In this document: piece after piece, positions 9,905 through 20,784 of the stretch | How positions within the stretch are numbered: the stretch's first letter is position 1 | Layout: the number at the start of each line of letters is the position of its first letter | DNA from: Calditrichota bacterium | GTDB lineage: Bacteria; Calditrichota; Calditrichia; RBG-13-44-9; J042 | Reading direction: 5' to 3' | Assembly (NCBI GenBank): GCA_013150955.1 | Contig: JAADJD010000005.1 | Span: 31,096 to 95,095 of the forward strand | DNA: 64,000 nt | Translations under genes and position numbers: made by a program | Notes under the pieces: generated by a model | The model's input: only the letters and a program-made list of their open reading frames with translations | Told to the model about the DNA's origin: nothing | The model's database searches: none

Positions 9905-10384
9905 ATGATTTCGAGACGACACGCGCGACGCATCGCTCTCCAGATTTTGTTCGCCAATGAATTTTTGAAAGAAGATGTTCAAACCGTCTCTCGGCGGGTA
10001 CTGGAGAGTCTGGAAGAAAAGCCCAGTAATTTTACCATGGAACTGGTAGAAAAGACTGCCCGCAACAAGGATGAGCTCGACCGCCTGATTGAAGAGCACC
10101 TGAAGAACTGGGATCTGAGCCGAATTGCGGTGCTGGATCGAGTGCTGATTCGAATGGCACTGGCCGAAATGCTGTATTTCCCGGATATTCCTGTAGAGGT
10201 GACCATAAATGAAGCGTTGGAAATTGGAAAAGATTTTTGTAATTTAAAGAGTCGGCGGTTTATTAATGGAATTCTGGATTCGATTTATAAGGATCTTCGA
10301 AAACGCAATGTGCTCATCAAAAAATTAGAGGCCGACGCCAAGCACCGATCCGGTAGCGAGGTGAAAAAAGGAAACCTGATGTGA
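9905..10384 (+). CDS. nusB: Transcription antitermination factor NusB
   Basis: RRHARRIALQILF, W...RIA.LDR..IRMA, INEALEIGK, FINGILD. Confidence 0.92.
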   Translation: MISRRHARRIALQILFANEFLKEDVQTVSRRVLESLEEKPSNFTMELVEKTARNKDELDRLIEEHLKNWDLSRIAVLDRVLIRMALAEMLYFPDIPVEVTINEALEIGKDFCNLKSRRFINGILDSIYKDLRKRNVLIKKLEADAKHRSGSEVKKGNLM

Positions 10385-11100
10385 AAATCGCGGTCATTTC
10401 CGATATCCATGCCAATCTGGAAGCCCTGACCACCGTTTTATCCTATTTACAGCAACAACATATTCAGCGAATATTTTGCCTGGGGGATGTTGTGGGTTAT
10501 GGCCCCCGTCCCAATGAATGTGTGGAACAGATCCGCCAGACTTGCGAAGTCTGTTTAATGGGGAACCACGACCATGCCGTGGTGGGACTAACCGATATTA
10601 CCTATTTTAATCAATATGCCCAGGAAAGTGTGCTCTGGACGCGAAAACAACTGACAAAGTCCAATTTTCAATTTCTCAAGCAACTCAAATTTTATCACGA
10701 AGAGAATGACATTCTTTTCGTGCATAGCACCCCTTTAAATCCGGAAGAATGGGATTACATTTTCTCGGAGCGGGAAGCGCGTTATCACCTGGATCGCGTG
10801 CCGCATCGCCTGGTATTTATTGGCCATTCCCATTTACCCATGGTGTTTTCATATCAGGATGGAAAACGGTATCAGGATCGTATGGTGCTGGATTTGAAGG
10901 CGGATCGTTACATTGTGAACGTGGGCAGTGTTGGGCAACCACGGGATGGCGATCCGCGCGCATGTTTTGTGCTTTACGATTTAGACCATCAGGTTCTGGA
11001 GTACATCCGCCTGGAGTACGATGTGCAAAAAACCTATCAGGAAATTATTGATCGCAATTTGCCCACCTTTTTGGCCATCCGGTTGTTGTCTGGATTCTAA
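10381..11100 (+). CDS. Metallophosphoesterase (calcineurin-like)
   Basis: SDIHAN, GDVVGYG, GNHD, GHSH, NVGSVGQPRDGD. Confidence 0.9.
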   Translation: MKIAVISDIHANLEALTTVLSYLQQQHIQRIFCLGDVVGYGPRPNECVEQIRQTCEVCLMGNHDHAVVGLTDITYFNQYAQESVLWTRKQLTKSNFQFLKQLKFYHEENDILFVHSTPLNPEEWDYIFSEREARYHLDRVPHRLVFIGHSHLPMVFSYQDGKRYQDRMVLDLKADRYIVNVGSVGQPRDGDPRACFVLYDLDHQVLEYIRLEYDVQKTYQEIIDRNLPTFLAIRLLSGF

Positions 11101-11229
11101 CCTCAACCTTTCTATTTAAATCTTTGCAAAATATGGCCAGAATTGATATTTTTAAGGCTGAACTTTTTGTTTCTAAAAAAGTAATATGAAAGAAATTTAA
11201 ATCCATTTTTAATTCGAGGTGATTGACCG

Positions 11230-14200
11230 ATGTTGAGTCAGGTGATCAGCAAAATTGTTGGTACCAAGAACGAACGTGAAATTAAGAAGCTCATTCCCAT
11301 CGTTCAGCAGATCAATCAATACTATGAAGAATTTCAGAAGTTAAGCGACGAAGAGTTGCAGCGTAAGACGGAGGAATTCAAAGAACGGTTGAAGGCCGGG
11401 GAAACGCTGGACGATATCTTGCCCGAGGCTTACGCGGTGGTTAAGGATGCCTGCCGACGAATGGTGGGCAAAAAATGGATGGTAACTGGCCAGGAAATTG
11501 AGTGGGACATGATCCCATTCGATGTGCAGTTGATGGGTGCCATCGTGTTGCATCAGGGTAAGATTGCGGAAATGGCCACGGGCGAAGGAAAAACGCTGGT
11601 GGCCACCATGCCGCTTTATCTCAACGCCCTGGAAGGAAAGGGTGCCCATCTGGTAACGGTAAATGACTACCTGGCCCAGCGCGATGCGGAGTGGATGGGA
11701 GAAATCTTTAAATTTTTAGGGCTTTCGGTGGGGGTCATTCTAAGTCAGATGGATTCCAAACAGCGAAGAGAAGCCTACAGCGCAGATATTACCTATGGCA
11801 CCAACAACGAGTTTGGTTTCGACTACTTGCGCGATAACATGGCTGTGAGTCCTGATGATATCGTACAGGTCAAAGGCCATAATTACGCCATCATCGATGA
11901 AGTGGACAGCGTGCTGATTGACGAAGCCCGTACGCCGCTGATTATTTCCGGCCCGGTGGAACATTCCACCCATGCTTATCACGAAGTAAAACCCATGGTG
12001 GAGCGGCTGGTTCGGTTGCAAACGCGATATGTGAACTCCATGATCGCGGAAGCGGAAAAGCTTCTGGAAGAAGGGAAGGAATACGAAGCCGGGGTGAAAC
12101 TGTTAATTGCCCAGCGGGGTGCCCCCAAGAATCGCCGCTTACAGAAGTTATATCAGCAGCCGGGAATCAAAAAGCTGGTGTTTGACATTGAAAGCGCTTT
12201 CATGCGGGATAAGAAGCTTCATGAAATCGATGAAGAGCTGTATTACACCATCGATGAAAAGCGCAACATCGTTGATTTAACGGATAAGGGACGCAATGAA
12301 CTGTCTCCATCCAATCCCGAAGAGTTTATCCTTCCGGATTTGGCCGAAGAATTTAGCCGCATTGAAGGGGACGAATCCCTTTCCCCAATGGAAAAAATGG
12401 AGCAGAAGAACAAAATCCAGCTGGAATATGCCCGCAAGAATGAGAAAATCCACAACATCACCCAATTGTTGAAAGCCTATTCGCTGTTTGAGAGGGATGT
12501 GGATTACGTAGTCTCCGATGGCAAGGTGTTGATTGTGGACGAGTTCACCGGCCGGATCATGTACGGGCGCCGTTACAGCGATGGATTGCATCAGGCGTTA
12601 GAGGCCAAGGAAAATGTGAAGATTGAACGGGAAACCCAGACGCTGGCCACAATTACCCTGCAAAATTATTTCCGATTATACAAAAAACTGGCAGGGATGA
12701 CCGGAACTGCAGAAACGGAAGCCCAGGAATTCTGGGATATTTACAAACTGGATGTGGTGGTGATTCCCACCAACAAACCGGTGCGGCGAATCGATTACGA
12801 GGATGTGATTTACCGTACGAAGCGGGAGAAATTTAATGCGGTGATTGAAGAAATTGAACGGCTGCACAAACTGGGTCGGCCGGTACTGGTGGGTACCATT
12901 TCGGTGGAGACCTCGGAAACATTGAGCCGTATGTTAAAGCGGCGGGGAATCCCTCATCACGTGCTGAACGCCAAACATCATAAGCAGGAGGCGGAGATCA
13001 TTGCCAAGGCCGGCCAACTGGGTGCCGTCACCATCGCCACCAACATGGCCGGGCGGGGTACGGACATCAAACTGGGCAAAGGCGTCATTGAATGCAATCG
13101 GGAGTGTTTTAAGGATGACGACGAAAAGATGACCGGCCTGGTCATTCGCCACAAGAATTTTAAAAATTGTAAACTGGATACGCCCTGTGGATTGCACATC
13201 ATTGGTACAGAACGACACGAAGCCCGACGCATCGATCGCCAGTTGCGGGGCCGTGCGGGACGCCAGGGGGATCCCGGTGCCAGCCGATTTTTCCTCAGTC
13301 TGGAAGACGACCTCATGCGATTGTTTGGTTCCGATCGGATGATCAAGGTGATGGATCGTCTGGGAGCGAAAGAGGGCGAGGCCATCACCCATCCCATGGT
13401 CACCCGGGCCATCGAAAAGGCGCAGAAGCGCGTCGAGATGCAGAACTATAGCATTCGCAAGCACCTGCTGGAATACGATGATGTAATGAACAAGCAGCGG
13501 GAAGTCATCTATGCCCGACGACGGAAGGCATTGATGGGTGAGAATACCCGCGAAGATCTGGAACAGATCATGGAAGAATTCCTGGATGCGCAGTTTGAAA
13601 ATTACATTGAGGGTCGAAAGCATCCGGAGGACTGGGACATCGACGCGTTGAGCGATGTGGTCTTCCGGACGTTGCTGGTGGATTTAAAGTCGCTGGGTGA
13701 CCGGATCTACACCATGACGCCTGATGAAATTCGGGAGTACATCAAGGAAGAAGCATTTAAGATTTACGATTACAAGGAACAAAAAGTCGGACGGAAGATT
13801 GTTCAGGATTTTGAGAAATACATTATTTTGCGGGTGATTGATGACAACTGGAAAGATCACCTGCACCAGATGGATTTGTTAAAAGAAGGGATTGGCCTCC
13901 GGGCGTATGGCCAGAAAGATCCGCTGGTGGAATACAAGCAGGAAGCCTACCACATGTTCCTGGATCTGATCGACACCATCAACCAGAAAACGCTGGAATT
14001 GCTGTGGCGAACGGAATTTGTTGAGGCACCGCCGGCCTACAAGGGAGCACCACCGCGCATCATGCTGGTACACAACGATGCAACCAACATGGGGTTGTTG
14101 TCTCAGAAAGAAACTGCCACCGAGAAAGCAGCCAGAGAGCGCAGCAGCAAACCACGCCCGGTAAAAGTAGAGACCAAAGTGGGACGAAATGATCCCTGTC

Positions 14201-14250
14201 CCTGCGGCAGCGGTAAAAAATACAAGAAATGTCACGGACGGGGACTCTGA
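11230..14250 (+). CDS. secA: Preprotein translocase ATPase SecA
   Basis: [36 protein letters not shown]-terminal SEC-C motif [18 protein letters not shown]. Confidence 0.98.
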   Translation: MLSQVISKIVGTKNEREIKKLIPIVQQINQYYEEFQKLSDEELQRKTEEFKERLKAGETLDDILPEAYAVVKDACRRMVGKKWMVTGQEIEWDMIPFDVQLMGAIVLHQGKIAEMATGEGKTLVATMPLYLNALEGKGAHLVTVNDYLAQRDAEWMGEIFKFLGLSVGVILSQMDSKQRREAYSADITYGTNNEFGFDYLRDNMAVSPDDIVQVKGHNYAIIDEVDSVLIDEARTPLIISGPVEHSTHAYHEVKPMVERLVRLQTRYVNSMIAEAEKLLEEGKEYEAGVKLLIAQRGAPKNRRLQKLYQQPGIKKLVFDIESAFMRDKKLHEIDEELYYTIDEKRNIVDLTDKGRNELSPSNPEEFILPDLAEEFSRIEGDESLSPMEKMEQKNKIQLEYARKNEKIHNITQLLKAYSLFERDVDYVVSDGKVLIVDEFTGRIMYGRRYSDGLHQALEAKENVKIERETQTLATITLQNYFRLYKKLAGMTGTAETEAQEFWDIYKLDVVVIPTNKPVRRIDYEDVIYRTKREKFNAVIEEIERLHKLGRPVLVGTISVETSETLSRMLKRRGIPHHVLNAKHHKQEAEIIAKAGQLGAVTIATNMAGRGTDIKLGKGVIECNRECFKDDDEKMTGLVIRHKNFKNCKLDTPCGLHIIGTERHEARRIDRQLRGRAGRQGDPGASRFFLSLEDDLMRLFGSDRMIKVMDRLGAKEGEAITHPMVTRAIEKAQKRVEMQNYSIRKHLLEYDDVMNKQREVIYARRRKALMGENTREDLEQIMEEFLDAQFENYIEGRKHPEDWDIDALSDVVFRTLLVDLKSLGDRIYTMTPDEIREYIKEEAFKIYDYKEQKVGRKIVQDFEKYIILRVIDDNWKDHLHQMDLLKEGIGLRAYGQKDPLVEYKQEAYHMFLDLIDTINQKTLELLWRTEFVEAPPAYKGAPPRIMLVHNDATNMGLLSQKETATEKAARERSSKPRPVKVETKVGRNDPCPCGSGKKYKKCHGRGL

Positions 14251-14280
14251 AATTTAATCCATTATTTTGTGGTAATTCAG

Positions 14281-14313
14281 GCAGCAGCGGGCATGTCCCG
14301 TTGCCGCATTTTT
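14281..14313 (+). terminator. Probable intrinsic terminator
   Basis: GCAGCAGCGGG-CATGT-CCCGTTGCCGC followed by a T run, after secA. Confidence 0.55.
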
Positions 14314-14332
14314 ATCCCGGGTGATGCATTAA

Positions 14333-14499
14333 ACCCAGACAATGCGATAAACCTCGAATCACGTGAATGAAGTCAGAAAATATCTGCAAAATCACTAATA
14401 AACCCTGGAACACATTTTCATCCAGACATCATCAAACGGATTTTATTATTTTTATTCGTGTTAATTCGTGTCATTCGTAGACTACTGCATAATCTGGGA
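14333..14499 (-). mobile_element. 167-bp MITE-like element within remnants of another copy (~14313-14554)
   Basis: ACCCAG...CTGGGA ends with flanks TAA/TTA; an extra right arm follows. Confidence 0.75.
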
Positions 14500-14713
14500 T
14501 TATTTTTATTTGTGTTCATTCGTGTTATTCGTGGTTTGATGCATAATCCGAGATATTACGAAAAATCCATTATCTCGTAAGTTATTCAAAAAATCGACCC
14601 TCCCACTGAAAATATATTAACAAATTTTAATGTTCACCCGATAAATATTTTACATATGTGGTTTATTACGGTCTCTTAAAACTTTACTAAAAACAACAGG
14701 GAGGTGTAGATAT

Positions 14714-16975
14714 ATGAAAAGGATTTTGGTGGTTTTAATAACCCTGGTTTTTGGGGTCACGGGCGTCTTCGCCCAGAATTATTTCGGTGCGCCACCTGGC
14801 ATTAGCTTACCAGCACAGGCATTCACAAAGGATCCGATTTTCCAGCAATTGCAGATCACGGAAAGCGATTCGTCAACGGAGCTATCGGTTGTGACCTTTA
14901 CTTCGTTTGACCTGGTGGTGTTCAGCTATTTCGACAGTTCCTATTTTTATGTTTACAATCATAAAGGGGTAGTCATCGACAGCGTGTTTCTGAATCGCGA
15001 TGAAACCCATACGTTTGTTACGGGTGAGGGACTCTACCTGGTGCGGGGAAATCACCGGTTTTCATTATTGGTTGGAGATCCCGTAACCAATTACGTTCAG
15101 GGATATTTTGCTGTTGATGCCTATGGTCGCCCGCTTTCCACTCACATAAATACCTATTTCCCGCGAATCTACACCGGTGAAGAGCGGTTGATCATTTTTG
15201 CATATGAAGACAGCACCATCTTTCGGGTAGTGACTGCAGATTCCTTTGAGCGAGCAAAGGGTCTTTTAAATCGCGGTGAACATCATGAAATAGACCCCGT
15301 TGACCTTCAAAATCAATTTGTGTTCATTCGGTCGAATAAACCGGTTTCCGTGCTAACGTATGCAGATCAGGGATATCACGTTCCGGCGGCCAATGGAACG
15401 TTCAAAGGAAAATTGTTTTATGGATATTCCGCGTTTTTGTCTGGCTGGACAAATAGCATTATTGTCATCGCCTATTCCGATTCTACGCGCATAGTTGTCC
15501 GCAATAGCATCACGTTTGATACTTTAGCTGTGGATACGTTAAATACAGGCGAGTTGTTTAAGTATTATGTTACGGCACCACTTTACTGGGAAGTGCAGGC
15601 TTCCCGGCCGGTTACGGTGATGAATGCTCCCTATGCTTATTACAATGGAGCTTACTACCATATGGTGCGCCATATCGATTCCACGGGAACCGGTGTGGGG
15701 AATCTCTTTTTCTGTCCGGTGATGGCTGGAGCACGGTTGGCCATATTTTCGCATGAGAATGATAATGTGGTAACCGTTGTGAATGAATTCAACAAGGATA
15801 CCCTGGGAGTATATGAGTTGAATCGAGGAGGGGTGGCGATTGCGTGGCCCCCTTATGCGTTGCTCAGGGTCACGGGCACCAAAAAATTGTCGGCAATTTC
15901 CTGGCTGGGGGACATGAATGGGACGTTTGGTGCGGATTTTGCCCCGCTTTATTTTTATACTGGAAAGGAATTACCGGATATTGCCGTGTATGATGATCGC
16001 CTGCAATTTCAGGCGGTCGATTCGGTGATGAGTCCGGGTAACACCGTGGAATTAAAAGCCTGGGTGTACAATGTGGGATTGGAAGTGGCCGAAAACATCC
16101 AGGTTCAGTTTTTTGATGGCCCGCCTGAAATTGACAAACCCCTGACGTCACCGATCACGATTCCCGTTCTGAAGCCGGGCGATTCGGTGCTGGTTCAGGC
16201 CCAGGGCGTGATACCGGAGCGTCCAGAATATCACTGGATTTATGTACAAACTGAACTGGTTGCCGGGGACGAGCGGTCGTATTCCAACAACGTGGCCCGT
16301 CATCCGTTAATTCCCAATAACGATCTAAATGGTACGCTGGCTGTTCGCTGGTCCGCGCCCCCCATCATTCGTTTTGAGAATGGGCAACCGGATATTCAGC
16401 AGTTCGAACTGGAGGTGGAAATCACCAACAATAGTTATCTCGATATTAGTCCCATTTCGTTGAAATTGGTACTCCCTTCTGGGTGGACAAATGTGGATTC
16501 GCTACCGGATTTGGTGACCTTTGGGCTTTTGAGTGGCGAGACGACAAAATATCGCTGGAAAATTCAGGTGGATTCATTACCCGAATCGAATCATGCCTAC
16601 TACTTTTCGCTGGATCTGGATGGATACTACTGGGAATCGAAAACGGTGAATGGGATTGTTCACGTTGGTCAGGTGACCTCGGTGCCAGATGGGGATTTTT
16701 CCAACACAATTACCCGTTTTGAATTGCTGCCCGCCTATCCCAATCCGTTTAATCCGGAAACGGTGATCCCGATTCGCGTGCCGGAACGGGAGCGTGTTGT
16801 GCTGGAGGTGTATAACATTCTGGGACAGCGCGTGGCCACCTTGTTAAATCGGGAGTTGCCGCGGGGAGAATATCGATTTCGGTTTCGGGCCGATCAATTG
16901 GGTAGTGGAATTTATTTCATCCATATGCGGGCAGGCTCCTTCCGCGATATCCGCAAAATCATTTTAATGAAGTAA
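14714..16975 (+). CDS. Secreted beta-rich protein with CARDB-like domain and C-terminal sorting (T9SS-A/FlgD-Ig-like) domain
   Basis: Signal peptide; PDIAV...VYNVG...VQFFDG...NNVA; YPNPFNPET...VYNILGQRVATL...SGIYF...KIILMK. The N-terminal half resembles IgGFc-binding-type repeats. Confidence 0.75.
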   Translation: MKRILVVLITLVFGVTGVFAQNYFGAPPGISLPAQAFTKDPIFQQLQITESDSSTELSVVTFTSFDLVVFSYFDSSYFYVYNHKGVVIDSVFLNRDETHTFVTGEGLYLVRGNHRFSLLVGDPVTNYVQGYFAVDAYGRPLSTHINTYFPRIYTGEERLIIFAYEDSTIFRVVTADSFERAKGLLNRGEHHEIDPVDLQNQFVFIRSNKPVSVLTYADQGYHVPAANGTFKGKLFYGYSAFLSGWTNSIIVIAYSDSTRIVVRNSITFDTLAVDTLNTGELFKYYVTAPLYWEVQASRPVTVMNAPYAYYNGAYYHMVRHIDSTGTGVGNLFFCPVMAGARLAIFSHENDNVVTVVNEFNKDTLGVYELNRGGVAIAWPPYALLRVTGTKKLSAISWLGDMNGTFGADFAPLYFYTGKELPDIAVYDDRLQFQAVDSVMSPGNTVELKAWVYNVGLEVAENIQVQFFDGPPEIDKPLTSPITIPVLKPGDSVLVQAQGVIPERPEYHWIYVQTELVAGDERSYSNNVARHPLIPNNDLNGTLAVRWSAPPIIRFENGQPDIQQFELEVEITNNSYLDISPISLKLVLPSGWTNVDSLPDLVTFGLLSGETTKYRWKIQVDSLPESNHAYYFSLDLDGYYWESKTVNGIVHVGQVTSVPDGDFSNTITRFELLPAYPNPFNPETVIPIRVPERERVVLEVYNILGQRVATLLNRELPRGEYRFRFRADQLGSGIYFIHMRAGSFRDIRKIILMK

Positions 16976-17013
16976 TTCCTGTTTGGGTCGACTTCCCCAT
17001 GAAAAACAATCAG

Positions 17014-17500
17014 GGTAGCCGCAGGCTTTCAGCCTGCGGTTGCCAGGTTGTAGCCCGACTCTCCAGAGTCGGTAGCGTCCTCCACCCGCCTTGCCGGGGG
17101 AGCACGCTTGTTTGGTTACCGATGTGTTTGGTTCCATTGATCATGGCCACGGTAACCGCAGGCTTTTAGCCTGCGGTGATTTGTTAATCCCGGATTATGC
17201 AATAGCCTACGAATGACGCGAATTAAAACGAATAAAAATAATAAAATTCGTTTGATGATATCTGGAAAAAAATATGTTCCAGGGTTTAATTCTTGCTTTA
17301 ATGTAAAGCTAATTTACCTTACAACCCGCGGGCATAAAACCCGCGACTACCATTGCCTGCTGCTTACGGAAAAAACCATCCAATGCATGTCTACAACAAC
17401 TGCCAACTGCATACTGCATACTGCCAACTGAAATATGGGCATAAAGCCCACAACTACCATTTCCAATTGCCTATTGCCCACTGCCTACTGCCAACTGGAC
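17014..17500 (+). repeat. Composite repeat, left arm: REP-like hairpins, truncated MITE (17188-~17289) and ACTGCCA-type heptamers
   Basis: Reverse-complement match to ~22345-22885. Confidence 0.85.
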
Positions 17501-17562
17501 ACTGGTAAAGGGTCAGCTGTCCACTGCCAACTGGGTATTGAAAGAAAGGCCGCAGGTGTTGT

Positions 17563-18708
17563 TTATAAAATGGCCAATGATTTTTCGGGAATGAGTTGAT
17601 TGGTCTGAAATTCCTCGTGGAGCCGCTGGACCACCATGTGCAAATTTTTTCCCGAATGCACCCAGCCACGCTGTCGCATGTAGCTTGGGCCAGAATCGAT
17701 CACATCGAAAACCTTCAACAAATAGGGTTCCACCCCCAGTTCGGCGGCCAAGGGTTGAAGTTCACGAACCAGGCGAATCAGATCCTTTTTTAAGGAGACA
17801 ACCTGATTCTTTTCCACGTCGATGATCTTGGCCTGTAGCCCGTAACGAGTGGCTCGCCACTTGTTTTCGTACAATTTCCAGCGTTCGTATTCGATGGGAT
17901 GGGGATCGGCTTCGAATTGCTGCTCGAATTTTTTAAACAGGGTGTAAATCAGGGCCGATGCGGCCAGCGTTTCGGTCAGTGTGGGCATGGCATCGCAAAT
18001 TCGCACCTCGATGGTACCAAAGCCGGGATGTGGTCGAATATCCCACCAGATATCCCGGAAGGAGTCAATCGAACGGGTGTCCAGCAGATTTTGAACGAAC
18101 TCCCGATACCGCTGCCAGTCTGGAAAATAGTAGGGGATCCCCGCATTGGGCAGCTCCTCAAAGATTTTGATTCGCGAAGAGGCCAGACCGGTGTCGTACA
18201 TCATCCAGTAAGGCGAACTGGCCGAAATCGCGATTAGATGGGGCAGGTAGGGCAGCAGGGCGTTGGTAATGTACAGGCTTTTGTCCGCATCGTCCACCCC
18301 GATGTGGACGTGTATGCCAAAAATCAGAAATTGTCGGACAGGCCATTGAATTCGTTGAAGCAAATTGAGGTATCGGGGATTACTGGTGATTTTCTGTTTG
18401 CGCCAGCTGCTGAACGGATGGGTACCGGACAGGTTGATGAAGACCCCGTGGTGACGGGCCACTTCCTGTAATTGATGAAGCTTTTCCCGGATGTCTTCTT
18501 CCAGCTCTTCAAAGGAATGGCAAATGCGGGTGTTGATTTCCACGGTGCATTCAAACAGTTCCGGTTTGAAATATTCTTCGGGGAGTTCTTTTAAAATTTG
18601 CGGTGCGCGGGAAACCAGATCCCCGGTATTCGGATCAATCAGCTGGACTTCGATTTCCAGACCGATGGTGTTGCGGCTCGATGCATTGAAATCAATCATT
18701 TGCTTCAC
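17563..18708 (-). CDS. Carboxylate-amine ligase, YbdK/GCS2 family
   Basis: TIGLEIEVQLID, GTHPFS, FGIHVHIGV, WWDIRPHP.FGTIEVRICD. Confidence 0.9.
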   Translation of the reverse strand: MKQMIDFNASSRNTIGLEIEVQLIDPNTGDLVSRAPQILKELPEEYFKPELFECTVEINTRICHSFEELEEDIREKLHQLQEVARHHGVFINLSGTHPFSSWRKQKITSNPRYLNLLQRIQWPVRQFLIFGIHVHIGVDDADKSLYITNALLPYLPHLIAISASSPYWMMYDTGLASSRIKIFEELPNAGIPYYFPDWQRYREFVQNLLDTRSIDSFRDIWWDIRPHPGFGTIEVRICDAMPTLTETLAASALIYTLFKKFEQQFEADPHPIEYERWKLYENKWRATRYGLQAKIIDVEKNQVVSLKKDLIRLVRELQPLAAELGVEPYLLKVFDVIDSGPSYMRQRGWVHSGKNLHMVVQRLHEEFQTNQLIPEKSLAIL

Positions 18709-18782
18709 AGTTTAATAAAAATCAAATTAAACATAATAATAATTAAAAATAGTGAATAAGGCAAGTTGAATCCGGCCGTTTC

Positions 18783-19811
18783 TCAATATTTTTTGAGCTC
18801 GTCGTTCACCATGTTCAGCATGATTGATTTTGCGCGATTGGGCAGGAAAGCGCTTTTGAATCCGTCGATGATGATCGATTTGATGTCCTCCAGGGTAAAA
18901 TCCAGATGCTTTGCGGCCAGATACAACTCTTTCGTCACGGTGGTATCGGAGATTAGTCGATTATCTGTATTGATGCAGACACGCAATCCGTAATCATAAT
19001 AAAAACGAAGCGGGTGAGTTTCCAGAGAACTGGCGGCTCCGGTTTGGACGTTGCTGGTCAAACAAATTTCCAGCGGGATGCGGTGATCGTTGACGTAATT
19101 CAGCAGGTCGCCGTCTTCGTACAGGCGGGTGCCATGGCCAATCCGATGAGCCCCGCAATAGTGTATGGCCTGGTGAATACTTTCCGGGCCAAATGCTTCG
19201 CCTGCATGCGCCGTGGTATTGATGTTATTTTTACGGATTAGAAAGAAGGCTTCTTTATGGTGTTTGGCCGGATAGTTTTCTTCCTGTCCCGCCAGATCGA
19301 AAGCCACCACGCCCCGGTTCTTGTAAGCTACCGCCAGCTCGGCCAGCAGCAAGGAGGTTTCGGGATTGATATTGCGCATACCGCAGATAATCACCCCGGT
19401 TTTGATGTTGAATTTCTTTTCGGCAGCCTGCAATCCTTCAATTACCGCATCCACAATTGTGGTCAACTTAAGTCCCTTTTTTGTGTGAAGAATGGGCGAA
19501 TAGCGTACTTCCATATACCAGACGTTTTCTGCAGCCGCATCTTCGGCCAGTTCATACGCCACCCGATATAGCGCTTCCGGTTCCTGCAACACCGACAGAG
19601 TGATTTCAAAACCGCGCAGGTATTCCGCAAGATTTTTACAATTTTTCCCACTCATCACGATTTTGGCCAATTTTTTGGGATCTGTGGAAGGCAATTCCAC
19701 GTTCTGCTTCCTGGCCAGATCAATCAGGGTGTCGATACGCAACGAGCCATCCAGATGCACGTGCAGATCCGTTTTGGGCAACTTTTCCAGAATTTCGTAT
19801 GGAATTTCCAT
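18783..19811 (-). CDS. add: Adenosine deaminase
   Basis: LPKTDLHVHLDGS, HAGE, RIGHG, EICLTSN, NTDN. Confidence 0.92.
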   Translation of the reverse strand: MEIPYEILEKLPKTDLHVHLDGSLRIDTLIDLARKQNVELPSTDPKKLAKIVMSGKNCKNLAEYLRGFEITLSVLQEPEALYRVAYELAEDAAAENVWYMEVRYSPILHTKKGLKLTTIVDAVIEGLQAAEKKFNIKTGVIICGMRNINPETSLLLAELAVAYKNRGVVAFDLAGQEENYPAKHHKEAFFLIRKNNINTTAHAGEAFGPESIHQAIHYCGAHRIGHGTRLYEDGDLLNYVNDHRIPLEICLTSNVQTGAASSLETHPLRFYYDYGLRVCINTDNRLISDTTVTKELYLAAKHLDFTLEDIKSIIIDGFKSAFLPNRAKSIMLNMVNDELKKY

Positions 19812-19859
19812 GGGCCGTTATCCTTTCGTGTTCGCTTTTAACGAATAACCCGCAAGCAG

Positions 19860-20756
19860 TTACTTAAGTTCCAGCTTCGGTTTTTCGGTGGTATCGGGTA
19901 AAGCGATTTTTTTCGCCGCCCGTGAGGTATCGGCTGTGAGTTTTGTTCCCAGGGTGTCCGGTGTTTGTTTGCTGGTATCCGCCGGGAGTGGGGCAGGCAG
20001 GAGGGTATCCGCCTGAGCGGGAGTGATCAGGGTATCCATGGGAGCCGGGGCAGCTTCGGGAACGGCCTGCAGGGTGTCCGCCGCGACCGGGGCGCCTGCG
20101 GCCTGATACTGAGCCCGCAGCTCCAGCCGTTGCCGCAAGTCTTCGATGGCCTGCTCGGCCCGGAGACGCCACTCCGTGTTCGGGTAATTGTTAATGGTTT
20201 TCTCATAAGCTTCGATGGCGTGCTGGTAATCCTTCAGTCGTTCGTACAGTGTGCCAATCTTAAATTGTGCGTACCCTTTTGCCTCTTTGTCATCACTGTT
20301 AGGGTAGTCGATGGCTTTCTGATAGTACTCAATGGCCCGTTCAAAGTCCTGAGCGCTTTCCCCGGTTAATTGCTGGGAAATGCCCGCCGAGTTTTCGTAA
20401 AATTCCGCAATGGCATTGTAGATCTGGGGAATTCTCGAGGGAATGATGTTTTCCCGTAGCAGGTTGTACAGTAGATCGAATTGCTTTTCGTATTGTTCGA
20501 AGGCGCCATAGCATTTGCTTAAGCCAATCACGGCATCGATGTATTCCCGGCTGGTGGGATAATTCTGGTAGATTAAACTGTAAGCAATGAACGCATTTTC
20601 ATAATCGCCTGCTTCATAGAATTGATTCCCGTACTGCAATAAATCGGCGGCGGTGGCACCTTCCTGTTGAAATCCTTCCTGAGTGGTTTTTTTGGTGCAG
20701 AAAAGCAGAAAACTGATCAGGACAAGCAAGAAAACGGGTATTTTAAACAGGCGCAT
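19860..20756 (-). CDS. TPR-repeat lipoprotein with Pro/Ala/Asp-Thr-rich tail
   Basis: Signal peptide ending FLLFC; TPR helices; start placed at 20756 after AAGGAGG. Confidence 0.75.
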   Translation of the reverse strand: MRLFKIPVFLLVLISFLLFCTKKTTQEGFQQEGATAADLLQYGNQFYEAGDYENAFIAYSLIYQNYPTSREYIDAVIGLSKCYGAFEQYEKQFDLLYNLLRENIIPSRIPQIYNAIAEFYENSAGISQQLTGESAQDFERAIEYYQKAIDYPNSDDKEAKGYAQFKIGTLYERLKDYQHAIEAYEKTINNYPNTEWRLRAEQAIEDLRQRLELRAQYQAAGAPVAADTLQAVPEAAPAPMDTLITPAQADTLLPAPLPADTSKQTPDTLGTKLTADTSRAAKKIALPDTTEKPKLELK

Positions 20757-20784
20757 TCTAACCTCCTTAAATATGGGCTCATAT

